Virus record (IMG/VR): IMGVR_UViG_3300029288_005873
Location: 377,905 to 441,904 of that record
From: a virus
Taxonomy: Duplodnaviria; Caudoviricetes
Length of the DNA: 64,000 nucleotides
Reading direction: 5' to 3' (one strand)
The position numbers and the translations under genes are program-made. The notes below the pieces were generated by a model, which worked only from the letters and a program-made list of their open reading frames with translations, was not told where the DNA came from and ran no database searches. Positions within the stretch are counted from its first letter, which is position 1, and every line of letters begins with the position of its first letter. Below, piece by piece: positions 27,614-36,956 of this stretch.

Positions 27614-30600
27614 TTATTTACCGGGACCGCCCAAAGGTGCCCCAGGACCGCCTGGACCCAATGGTGGTGTCATACCACCAGTGGAAGGAGCTCCAGCTCC
27701 TCCAGGACCGCCCAAAGCTTCACCAGGAGGTGGTGCTAACTCAGGAAGCCCACCGGGCAAACTCCCTCCGCCACCAATTGGTGGCATTCCACCAGGTGCT
27801 CCTAAACCGCCTGCTGGAGGCATACCAGCCTCCATTCCAGGCATACCTGCACTCATTCCGCCAGCAGGCTGTTCGGAAATAATAGGCTCCATGATCTCGC
27901 GCGTTGGGTCAAGAGCGCGAAGCTCGATAAGCGACATGCCCGCAAGAGCCTGTTCTTCTCTTTGACGTATTGCATCATTAACAGACTCTGCGCGCATCTT
28001 CTCACGCTCGTCCTCATAATTCAAACCAAGACTCTTATACAAGGTCTGTAGTGAAGCTTGTTTAGCTGTCACAAGACTAGAGATGTTACCGATGTAGTCC
28101 TGTAGATCATACAGGTTCATCTGGTTCCATTCTACCTCTGGCACTATTAGCTTTTTGTATCCACCTTCTGCCCTATAGTATCCACGCAAATCACTAATTG
28201 GCGCAAATATCTTGTTCATCAACCAACGTGCTAACATATTGCGAAAATTGAAATACCTCTGGCGTAACACCTCAAGTCCAATAGACGCAGAGGCATATAC
28301 CGCGCTCTCTGTATCAATTACCGCCTGCGGAACCATTAGACCATGCATAATATTCTTGATGATTAGTTCATTATCCTGCGAAATATCAATAATACCACCT
28401 TGTGCGCCAACGCGCTCAATTGAAACACCAGCATGAGTTACGATTTTGAAATTCTTATCATATTGAGCTTCTTCAATTATCTGACGCCACGTTTCAATTG
28501 CCTCCGGATCTGGATGGTACTCGCCCTCCCCAGCTCCACCAATTTTAACCAAGGTAATAGGATTTACCATGTCATCAGCCTGGGCAAATTTACATTCTCT
28601 TAATTTGTCGTAAAGCATCAGGTCTTTGAATACGGACACAATAACGCTTGTGCCACGTACATCATACGGGCTGGACAACATCTTTAGATGTGATACGTTG
28701 AAATTGTCCAATGGAATGTTTTCACCCCTGCGCACATGGTATACGATATTCTGGGGAATCTGTTTGCGCAGTTGGACGTCGGCTGGAGCGTTACTCATAA
28801 CAAGACGCTGGAGAACAGCATCAGGACGCATGGAAATGATTGGTTCGCTTGCAATAACCATCTTTTTCACATGGATGTAATCGGGATTCTGAACAACAAT
28901 CCTTCTCCATTTTAGACCATTTTCATCAAGTTCAGCATATGGGAAGGCTTCGCCAAGTTTCCAGAATTCAAGAGATATATCACCAAGGGCGCCGAGAAGA
29001 TCCATCTCCTCGATCATGTCCTCGAACTCCTGCTGAACCTTTTTGTCAGAGCATTTAATGTTGATCTTAGAGATCGGATAGGTCGCATGAAGCGTAATCG
29101 CATTACGAACAAGGGGGTGTAAATCAAAAAAATTTCTACAGTTACGAACACTTACACCATATCCTACCGTATAAGTATGGTCCGTTTCAACTTCAATATT
29201 ATGGACAATACCAACATATTGACGATACTCAATAGTGTTGACCCATTGAATGGCTTTGTCTTTATAAAAAAAACAACACCCATCTCGTTTATGTGAACGT
29301 TTAATGGTAGCAAATCTGTAGAAATTTGACACAAAGCATTCAGCCAATTTCAATGCCGATTTTCCACGAATTTTAACATAGTAACGAGGGTGTACTTCAT
29401 ATGTTTTACCATTGCTTGGTGATACCATAGTTTTTTGACTATGTTCCCGAAACACATGTGCCACTAACCCACATCGCAGACACAGCATCCTCATTTGCCA
29501 GGCAAGATTTTCAGAAGAAGTATTGCCACAGAAAATGCCGCCGTTATATTTCTCTTGTCCACCATCGCCGTCCAGCCAAGCAACCAGAAATCTGAGTAAC
29601 AGTCCAGGTTCTACCGACATAAGCTCGAACGACAGGCGTTTTGTCAATGATCCCTTGCCACAATGCCGAAGGACAAATTTTGCTAGGTTAGCGTCGGTAC
29701 AATTTACATATATCTCAGTTTTCCTATCTGGGCGCACATATACCTTTGCCTCAGAAGACAATCGTACAGCAAGTTCCTGTATCCTATAGGCTAACTTCTC
29801 TTCATGGGCGCCTAAGGAGAAAGTTACTGTATTGTGTGAAATTGATCCCTCAGCTGCGTAGTACCCCAGCAATTCCAATGCCTCTGGATTCTCAAGCAAA
29901 GGATCGTCGGAAACTGGTTCCAATTTCGGAACGGGCATATATAGCGCATCTCGCGCTTCTAGTTTACCTGCTTCGATTTTTCCGAATACATAAGGATCAT
30001 CCTGTCTTTTACAACGAGAACAGAAACACTCTTGTCCATCAGGTTTACATTTCACATATGTCGTATGATCGTGACAGCGGACTTCGTCACCTTTGACAGC
30101 GTTAAAGTTGTGATTTTTAGTACACCAAATAGTCTCTTGTGAACCTTTTATACGAATGCCGACAATCTCCTCATTAATAGGACGTTGAAATACTGTCGTT
30201 ACACGACGAGGAACTCCCGCTCCAGACAGAACCATATCACCAACTTCGATTTCCTCAATAGATTTACGAGTTCCATCTGCCATCCATACCATTGTTCCTG
30301 GAATAAAACACCAAGCATTAACAGTAATTCTATCACGTGGCAGGTTTAAGTTTGCCATAGTAAACAGTGGCGAATAGACCTCAGGCGCAAGGCGTTCAAC
30401 AGGAGCGCCTGCGGATGAGCCTAGACCGCTGCTTAGAGTGGAAGCTTGTTTTCTGAAGGATGGACTGTGAGCTATTGCTCCATGTAGACCTGCTTGCTGC
30501 TTTCCCCCACCAGAGACCACACCTCCTGGCATCCAGGTGCCGCGATTTACGTCTTTTTCTGAATCATATGGCGGCGGTGGTTCCGTTACACCACGACGAA

Positions 30601-30775
30601 GCAGGCTTCCAGAGAGTTGTGCTGTTTCCTTGAGGTTTCCTCTCTCGATTTCATCCTGAAGAACACCTCTCCTGACGGAGGATACCGACTGAGCCAATTT
30701 AGGAGACGTGCGAATTGACACTGGTCCCGCTGGCGTCTGCGCTACTCCCCTCGCCATCCTTCTGCTGTCTGACAT
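27614..30775 (-). CDS. Portal protein interrupted by an intein
   Basis: Directly downstream of TerL. Portal-like extein (HPLVRNAI..H..YP...EFWKLGEAFP...SHLK...Y..RG.S...) with a Gly/Pro-rich tail; ~663 aa after splicing. Confidence 0.8.
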   Translation of the reverse strand: MSDSRRMARGVAQTPAGPVSIRTSPKLAQSVSSVRRGVLQDEIERGNLKETAQLSGSLLRRGVTEPPPPYDSEKDVNRGTWMPGGVVSGGGKQQAGLHGAIAHSPSFRKQASTLSSGLGSSAGAPVERLAPEVYSPLFTMANLNLPRDRITVNAWCFIPGTMVWMADGTRKSIEEIEVGDMVLSGAGVPRRVTTVFQRPINEEIVGIRIKGSQETIWCTKNHNFNAVKGDEVRCHDHTTYVKCKPDGQECFCSRCKRQDDPYVFGKIEAGKLEARDALYMPVPKLEPVSDDPLLENPEALELLGYYAAEGSISHNTVTFSLGAHEEKLAYRIQELAVRLSSEAKVYVRPDRKTEIYVNCTDANLAKFVLRHCGKGSLTKRLSFELMSVEPGLLLRFLVAWLDGDGGQEKYNGGIFCGNTSSENLAWQMRMLCLRCGLVAHVFREHSQKTMVSPSNGKTYEVHPRYYVKIRGKSALKLAECFVSNFYRFATIKRSHKRDGCCFFYKDKAIQWVNTIEYRQYVGIVHNIEVETDHTYTVGYGVSVRNCRNFFDLHPLVRNAITLHATYPISKINIKCSDKKVQQEFEDMIEEMDLLGALGDISLEFWKLGEAFPYAELDENGLKWRRIVVQNPDYIHVKKMVIASEPIISMRPDAVLQRLVMSNAPADVQLRKQIPQNIVYHVRRGENIPLDNFNVSHLKMLSSPYDVRGTSVIVSVFKDLMLYDKLRECKFAQADDMVNPITLVKIGGAGEGEYHPDPEAIETWRQIIEEAQYDKNFKIVTHAGVSIERVGAQGGIIDISQDNELIIKNIMHGLMVPQAVIDTESAVYASASIGLEVLRQRYFNFRNMLARWLMNKIFAPISDLRGYYRAEGGYKKLIVPEVEWNQMNLYDLQDYIGNISSLVTAKQASLQTLYKSLGLNYEDEREKMRAESVNDAIRQREEQALAGMSLIELRALDPTREIMEPIISEQPAGGMSAGMPGMEAGMPPAGGLGAPGGMPPIGGGGSLPGGLPELAPPPGEALGGPGGAGAPSTGGMTPPLGPGGPGAPLGGPGK
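29141..30310 (-). mobile_element. Intein with LAGLIDADG homing endonuclease (390 aa) in portal gene
   Basis: AW|CFIPGTMVWMADG...IEEIEVGD.V, block B CTKNH, LLGYYAAEG and FLVAWLDGDG, VHNIEVETDHTY...VRN|C. Confidence 0.92.
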
Positions 30776-30787
30776 GATTTCTCCTTA

Positions 30788-32617
30788 TCATCTCATACGC
30801 GGAACATAGGCGAGGACGGGTTTTGCGGCGGTCTTGGCTGCTGCTGTGCCCGGACCTGCCTTGAACCCGTGCGTTTGCTCAAACTTATATGCGACGAAAG
30901 CATTGATGAGAGCCATCAGCCCGTCGTTCTGAACCTTTCCTTTCACATACATGGTGTGCGGCATTCCCTGCCGTATGGTTTGTTTACTCTCCATTGAGCA
31001 ACAATGGTCTACCAACCAAGCTATACGCTCATAACTTCCCCAAGGAAAACGTATGGCACCTCGGCGCAGAAGAGCAAACATATCACTAATCCATTTATCC
31101 TTATCGATAACTATCTCTAATTCATCCTCACGATATTTTGTACCAGTCAAAACCTGACCAGAGTTGCGTACCGTCTTAAATCTATCGCCAAGAATAGATT
31201 TTAATTTTCCAGAAATATCCTCGGCATAACCGACGTCTCCAGCGGCTATCCTGACATTAAATAGCCGATACATTTCTTCAACAAATTGTATCTTCGAATC
31301 CATATCAAGTTTCTTGAGTTTTTGTGCAAACTCTATTACAATACGCCCATCATGTTCGACCGAAATAACGACCGCGCAAGAGAAGGACTGTCCGCGCGTA
31401 ACACCATCAATATCTGGTCTACCACCCCAGTCAATACCCATATAGACCATTTTCTTCTGGTCTTTGGTAATCTGTTTTGTCATCGGACGCATAGGATCAC
31501 GACAAGCTTTGTAAATCTCTTCGCGAGTGATGGGTAGACCTGTACCAGAATGGAATTCTCCTAGTACCTCATTATTCCAATCAATCTCCCTCTTCATAGG
31601 ATTGTGTTCTGGAGATTCTTTAAGGATAACCTCTTTGTGAAACTCTGGGATAAACAACTGGTTAAAATGAAAACCAACGTAGGTGGCGTCCTCTTTTCCA
31701 GGCGTCGCTAACCATTTTCCACGTTCAATAGCTTCAACCTTATCCTGTTCACGACCGCAGTTTGGACACTTCACTACATTTTCATATAGCCAAATATCCT
31801 TCTCCCATTTGTCGGAACCAGGAGTATACAAAAGAAAATAACGCTGACATTCTACACATCCGAGATAATACCTGCGTTGATCGGAATTCTCCCACATTTT
31901 ATAGAATTCCGAATTCTTATGTTCTGGAGTACCGAAATAAACCTGTACACCACCAGGCTGTGTACCATACTGAGCACGTGTTAAACACTTAACGGCTGTG
32001 TCAATAGCCTGCTTGGTCATTAGCTGAGCTTCATCAAAAAAGATGACATCAATGGTTCGACCGCGTACTCTGATACCCTCATTACCTATAGAGTCGCACC
32101 AAAGAGTATTACCATACCTAAATTGTTTATATGTTAGGCTGTCAGAAGCTTCGCGAGTAGTGTCTTTTCTTGTTTCGATATATGGGCGCAGAATCTGCTT
32201 TTGGCTATTCTCATCTGGAACCATAATGGATTCGCGAATCATCTTTTCCAATTTATCTTTGGAGAAGGCATGCATAAGTTCCAACTGTGGAAACGCATGC
32301 ATGACACGAATCGGACGAGAACCCCCCTGCCCAAACATACCGCCAGCAACCATGTCGAGTTCAAGAACAGACGCCATGGTTGTGGCACCGACCTGACGCC
32401 CTTTGACAATCACAACAGGTTTGCCATTGGGTGAAATAGCCGTTGTCATGATGTATCGGTAGATATCAGCGATAAACTTCCATCCATTCCCTGTAAGTTG
32501 TAGAGGTTTCCCGTCAAGGGTGAGATAAGATTCGGCAAAATACACGGGATCCAGATGAAGCAACTCGCGCTTCAGTTCCTCGAAACTCCTGTCTGGTCCC
32601 CATGCTTTGTTTACCAT
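30788..32617 (-). CDS. terL: Terminase large subunit
   Basis: KGRQVGATT (Walker A-like), FFDEAQ (Walker B), GTP, CxxC pairs, GIDWG nuclease motif and C-terminal NDGLMA. Confidence 0.88.
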   Translation of the reverse strand: MVNKAWGPDRSFEELKRELLHLDPVYFAESYLTLDGKPLQLTGNGWKFIADIYRYIMTTAISPNGKPVVIVKGRQVGATTMASVLELDMVAGGMFGQGGSRPIRVMHAFPQLELMHAFSKDKLEKMIRESIMVPDENSQKQILRPYIETRKDTTREASDSLTYKQFRYGNTLWCDSIGNEGIRVRGRTIDVIFFDEAQLMTKQAIDTAVKCLTRAQYGTQPGGVQVYFGTPEHKNSEFYKMWENSDQRRYYLGCVECQRYFLLYTPGSDKWEKDIWLYENVVKCPNCGREQDKVEAIERGKWLATPGKEDATYVGFHFNQLFIPEFHKEVILKESPEHNPMKREIDWNNEVLGEFHSGTGLPITREEIYKACRDPMRPMTKQITKDQKKMVYMGIDWGGRPDIDGVTRGQSFSCAVVISVEHDGRIVIEFAQKLKKLDMDSKIQFVEEMYRLFNVRIAAGDVGYAEDISGKLKSILGDRFKTVRNSGQVLTGTKYREDELEIVIDKDKWISDMFALLRRGAIRFPWGSYERIAWLVDHCCSMESKQTIRQGMPHTMYVKGKVQNDGLMALINAFVAYKFEQTHGFKAGPGTAAAKTAAKPVLAYVPRMR

Positions 32618-32620
32618 ATA

Positions 32621-33298
32621 TCACCTTTGCGGTTTCGAAGGCTCGAACATTTTATTATCTTCCTGCATTTCTTCCCATGAAGTGCTTAATCCCACACCAA
32701 GACCTGCAATATTATCACTAGAGTCTACCATCTCACGCTTCTCCTGACCAATTCTCTTCTCGATATAATCACAAAGAGCCTGGTTCGAAGCGGCTTCAGT
32801 CCCCTCTGGTCGCTCGTCTCTAATCATTTTAAGAATAGCGGGAATAGTTACATGCCCACCACGAGATCTTATAACATTGTCTACAAACATCTGAAGTTTT
32901 GGATATTTGCCAAACAATTCTTCGACAGCCGCACGATCGCGAAGAATTCCATCGATCTCTTCTGCCTCGGCACGTAAACCATTATCATCCAGCCAATTGG
33001 CAAGACGCACAAGACGGAGGACAGATCCACATCGAGCGGACGCCGTTTTAACAGTAGGTTCCGCTTGACCCTCGGACGCGTTTCGTTCAGCAAGTAGGTT
33101 AAGCCCAATCCTATCCTTCATTTCGCGTACGCGTTCCTCTATAGCAGAAAGCTCCTTGTTCTTTTTGAACAGATCGCTTATCTCGTGAAATGGGTTAGAT
33201 CCGTCGGCTTCCCTGCGAAGTGCCCCTTCAGCAAAATCCTTCATCCAGTCTGGAATTGCGGAAGGTCTGGCGACCTCATGTTCTCTGCCAAAAGCCAT
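32621..33298 (-). CDS. Head-region protein with LxxLAxxLDxxG motif
   Basis: VKTAS followed by LVRLANWLDDNGLRAEAEEIDGIL; AGGAGG RBS. Confidence 0.75.
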   Translation of the reverse strand: MAFGREHEVARPSAIPDWMKDFAEGALRREADGSNPFHEISDLFKKNKELSAIEERVREMKDRIGLNLLAERNASEGQAEPTVKTASARCGSVLRLVRLANWLDDNGLRAEAEEIDGILRDRAAVEELFGKYPKLQMFVDNVIRSRGGHVTIPAILKMIRDERPEGTEAASNQALCDYIEKRIGQEKREMVDSSDNIAGLGVGLSTSWEEMQEDNKMFEPSKPQR

Positions 33299-33328
33299 GG
33301 CTAAACCTCCTTGTTACCTATTGATATC

Positions 33329-34180
33329 TTATGCATAATACTGGCTCTGCCATTCTCTTGGCTTATCAGGATCCCTTGGGTCCTCATCCTCGCCAATATT
33401 AGCGCGGTCTTTGAACACAGGATATCCCATATCCGCAAGGATCTGCTGGATAGCTAATCTTTCCCGATCATCAATCTTATATTTCTTCTCCAATTTCTTG
33501 AACATTTCTTCAATATCACGTCCACCAGAAACCACGGAGTTGATAAGCGTTCCCACAAAAGCGCGTTCGAAAGCAGATATTTGATATTGCATGCCTTCAA
33601 AATGAGGCGTCCCTGCCTCTTTCTTCAATCCTGTATTATCGCATGCTAAACAGACTGTTCCGTTTTCGTCTTCCCATAATGGAGCAGAGCATGATGGACA
33701 AGCCGATCCATCAGAGGCATGTCTACGGACCTGCTTCCGTTGTCTCTTCATATCCTTATGCGCATCAAGCATTCGTGTCAAGGCTTCGATATTTTGCTCA
33801 AGCTGGTGACGCAGTTTGTCAATACTGCCAATTGGAATGTGACCATCCCAGTCGGATTGTAGAGCGCGCGAAATATAGTTATTCAGTTTTTTGTTCTGCC
33901 CCAGGGCGCGCTCAGCTTCATTACGCCGTCCAACGCATGCGCTGGGCGTTTTAATGCGTCCCATTTCCCCAATAAGGAACGGTTCAAAATCCTTAGCATC
34001 CTGCGAATCAAGCCAGGATTTTCTGGACTGTGTTTCTGTTTCTTCGGGAAGCTCAACCGTAGGAGCTATAGGCTCTTGAACAGGGACCTCCTGATCGAAG
34101 GCTTCCTTCACTACGACGGTATCGCCGTCCACCACAGTGGTGTGGGTATCAGAAACCGTGATGATCGTCTCCTCGCTCAT
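33329..34180 (-). CDS. Hypothetical protein with small Zn-ribbon
   Basis: CPSC...CLAC flanked by RHAS and KKEAG; GGAGG RBS. Confidence 0.7.
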   Translation of the reverse strand: MSEETIITVSDTHTTVVDGDTVVVKEAFDQEVPVQEPIAPTVELPEETETQSRKSWLDSQDAKDFEPFLIGEMGRIKTPSACVGRRNEAERALGQNKKLNNYISRALQSDWDGHIPIGSIDKLRHQLEQNIEALTRMLDAHKDMKRQRKQVRRHASDGSACPSCSAPLWEDENGTVCLACDNTGLKKEAGTPHFEGMQYQISAFERAFVGTLINSVVSGGRDIEEMFKKLEKKYKIDDRERLAIQQILADMGYPVFKDRANIGEDEDPRDPDKPREWQSQYYA

Positions 34181-34199
34181 ATCGCATCCTCCATAGGAT

Positions 34200-34544
34200 C
34201 TATCTATTCTTTATGTTCTTTATATCAGCCATGCCGTCCGCTAGGCGTTCAATTCCTGTTACAACATCGCCTAGGCGTTCAATCATGCGTTCGTGTGCGC
34301 TTTCTGCAGCAGCCATATGCTCTGTGAGCTGCTGCCTGCTCTGTCTAAGCTCAACAACTGCGGAAGTCAGCATATCCAGCTTTATGTCGATCCTGGTTAA
34401 AGCTTCTCCAGAACCATTGTATTCCTTTGCCTGTTTCACCGTCTTCCCATTCGCGTTCTTCTTCATTAACCACTCGATAACCTTGGTCAGGACGACAATC
34501 ACTCCGACCAAGGCGGCAGTCAAAGTTGCGCCAGCAATTTCCAT
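34200..34544 (-). CDS. Membrane protein with single N-terminal TM and coiled-coil (holin-like)
   Basis: Hydrophobic GATLTAALVGVIVVLTKVIEWL followed by a heptad-rich tail. Confidence 0.45.
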   Translation of the reverse strand: MEIAGATLTAALVGVIVVLTKVIEWLMKKNANGKTVKQAKEYNGSGEALTRIDIKLDMLTSAVVELRQSRQQLTEHMAAAESAHERMIERLGDVVTGIERLADGMADIKNIKNR

Positions 34545-34607
34545 AGGTTACCTCTCAAATATTGAATTTACTATAACCATGATTTAATAAAGCCATCATG
34601 AAAATTA

Positions 34608-35240
34608 TCATATTCTTTTCCTAAGGCTAAACCTGCCAACTAATTCTTCAATTTTGGCTGGATCAATACGCTCACCCTCAAACTCCTGACGACATGTTTC
34701 AACCATTGTCTCAAGTCTTGTCCGTTCCTCTTTTGTAAGTGCTTCACCGCGCTTCAACTTATCCCAAAGTACAGGTTCTTCTGCTGTAATCGCAAACTTT
34801 ACTATGATTGGAACCTGAGATCCCAATAATGAAAACAGACCTTGGAATAGATTACGAGATTCGTTGTTGTCTGCGTAAAATCCCATTGGGAATGCATACA
34901 ATCCATCAAGCCCAATACCACTGAATGTCTGTGCATATAGCGGACTACCAGAAAAGGCTGTGTTTCCAAAACCTTGTCCTGAATCTCCGAAATCACAGTT
35001 AACCGCTTTGGCATCCTCCATAACATTGACGGCATACAAACAGCGCTGGTTATCCTTATGGTATATATATATCCTCTTATTAGCTAATGCTACTTTTTCC
35101 GACCTATTTTCTGGAAGTGTTTCAAGTGGACACATATGTGTCACAGAATCGCCAGCATTAGCGCAAGAAAGGGGAATAGGCAAACCAAACGGGCAAAGCT
35201 TACCCTGCTTTTCGCCACGTATCCAGCAATTCTTTCTCAT
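34608..35240 (-). CDS. Cys-rich hypothetical protein
   Basis: CPFGLPIP..C..AG...C...RC.YA...NCDFGD. Confidence 0.7.
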   Translation of the reverse strand: MRKNCWIRGEKQGKLCPFGLPIPLSCANAGDSVTHMCPLETLPENRSEKVALANKRIYIYHKDNQRCLYAVNVMEDAKAVNCDFGDSGQGFGNTAFSGSPLYAQTFSGIGLDGLYAFPMGFYADNNESRNLFQGLFSLLGSQVPIIVKFAITAEEPVLWDKLKRGEALTKEERTRLETMVETCRQEFEGERIDPAKIEELVGRFSLRKRI

Positions 35241-35962
35241 TCATTTCCTCCAGGCTGCTTTGTCGTTAGTTTCCAATATTTAACAAAATCGCGCGCTGCC
35301 TTGAGGGCTGCATCATCAGCATCCTGTCCATAATGCTTGCGATGCGCCTTGAGGAACTCCCCAATGCTTTTCCATTTTGGATCATCCGACCAGAGTTTCG
35401 GCTCTTTATCACCGAGTTTGTCAACATCATCGCCACCCTCGGGAACAAAATGAGCCAAAGAGAGCATGTCCCCAATATCGTCCCATGCCTCTTTGAGAAA
35501 ATTCTCCAAATCAACATCGACGTCCGTATCGGTCATAAGTGAAGCAATGCGCCATTTGCGCTCCCGCCGTTTACGGGATTTTTCACGCCATTTTCGCCAT
35601 TCGGAAATCCCCTTGGGGAATTTTTTCAAAAACTCTGATGCGCTACCAAAATATGGAGACTCCTCTTCGGGTGTATAATCCATATTTTTGCGCCACATTG
35701 GTGGCGTATTGGTTTCTTTACTTGGCACCATATGAGCTTGGCGTTCTAAGCTGCGTTCCAAATAGAGGTCTAGCTGACGATCGAGGACATCGTCGTCTTG
35801 AAATGCCGCCAAGCGTAGCATGCGGTCCAATGAAGCCTTCTTTTCAGGCTTCTCCTTCTCCAGCATTTTCTTTAGCCTCTTTTTCCTATTTTTGCGTTCA
35901 TGCCTTGTATGTTGCCTTTCCTCATCGAGGAGGAATGGCAATTTAGTTTCCTGCTTGTCCAT
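35237..35962 (-). CDS. Hypothetical basic protein
   Basis: Track ORF 35237-36010; the start at MDKQETK minimises overlap with the upstream gene. Confidence 0.6.
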   Translation of the reverse strand: MDKQETKLPFLLDEERQHTRHERKNRKKRLKKMLEKEKPEKKASLDRMLRLAAFQDDDVLDRQLDLYLERSLERQAHMVPSKETNTPPMWRKNMDYTPEEESPYFGSASEFLKKFPKGISEWRKWREKSRKRRERKWRIASLMTDTDVDVDLENFLKEAWDDIGDMLSLAHFVPEGGDDVDKLGDKEPKLWSDDPKWKSIGEFLKAHRKHYGQDADDAALKAARDFVKYWKLTTKQPGGNE

Positions 35963-36176
35963 ATCCGTCTTTGGAAAAGGGCACATTATTATAATCCTCC
36001 TCATCCCCAAGCCCGCGCCTCAGTGCCTCACGGCGAACTGCCATATATAGTTTTACATCCCCACGAAAAAGATCAGGACGATGTAAAGCTTCATCCAATT
36101 GAAGATCATTCCAACCCTGAAAAGGTTTACATGGCAGTATATCGAGACCAGCCTTGCGAACAAGCCGATATCCCAT
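35943..36176 (-). CDS. Small hypothetical protein
   Basis: 77-aa ORF with GAGG RBS. Confidence 0.5.
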   Translation of the reverse strand: MGYRLVRKAGLDILPCKPFQGWNDLQLDEALHRPDLFRGDVKLYMAVRREALRRGLGDEEDYNNVPFSKDGYGQAGN

Positions 36177-36183
36177 TCTAACC

Positions 36184-36954
36184 TCAACAGTCCAAAAGAT
36201 GCTGTACCATACGATGTTTGGCCATTTCCATAGACATAAGCCTACTTAGCGGAATTATCGGAAGGAGCTTATATTCCGACAAAAGACTTATGGCTTTCTT
36301 GGCATCTATGCGAAACATCTGGTGTACTTGGCGGCGTACATGTCCAGAAGGCAGCTGTCCGACGGCACCACGATATTTCAACATGGCTTGACCAAGGTCG
36401 TCATCTATTTCAAAACCAAACCGAAGCGATAACTTTATAGCTCGCAATATTCTCCTAGCATCATGACCTATCGTCAGGTCTGGATCAACTGGTGTACGTA
36501 AACGCCGTGCTCCAATATCAGCGGCAGCCAAGCCCGTCGGATCATCAGGTTTTCTGCCCAAATCCATGGGCTGAAGAAGAGTATTTGCTGTAAAATCCCT
36601 AGAAAACATCTCCTTCTGAAGATCGCTTGGTTTCTCAATACCGCGTTTCCCAAGTTCTACATCTATACCAGGTAGCACAAAATTATTGGAAAAATCCATC
36701 CTTATATTCTGAAATGCCAAAGATGAATGTCCATCATCATAGGAACGAAAAGGAGCATCAGGCCATTGTTTACTTGCCAAAAGTGCCAATGCAAAGCAAT
36801 CCCTGTCACCAGTTGTTATGTCTATATCTTCAACCTGCGCCGAAACTAATCCTAAAGCTCTATCCCTTGGAAAACCACCAACCACAAAAGGCTTGGAAAG
36901 CCCAGAACTTTCCGCGAGATTGCTTAGCGTTCCAAGCAGTTCCTCAAGCCTCAT
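36184..36954 (-). CDS. tRNA nucleotidyltransferase / poly(A) polymerase family (class II)
   Basis: VVGGFPRD, DIDI, RDFTAN, DARRILRAIK. Confidence 0.88.
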   Translation of the reverse strand: MRLEELLGTLSNLAESSGLSKPFVVGGFPRDRALGLVSAQVEDIDITTGDRDCFALALLASKQWPDAPFRSYDDGHSSLAFQNIRMDFSNNFVLPGIDVELGKRGIEKPSDLQKEMFSRDFTANTLLQPMDLGRKPDDPTGLAAADIGARRLRTPVDPDLTIGHDARRILRAIKLSLRFGFEIDDDLGQAMLKYRGAVGQLPSGHVRRQVHQMFRIDAKKAISLLSEYKLLPIIPLSRLMSMEMAKHRMVQHLLDC

Positions 36955-36956
36955 CT

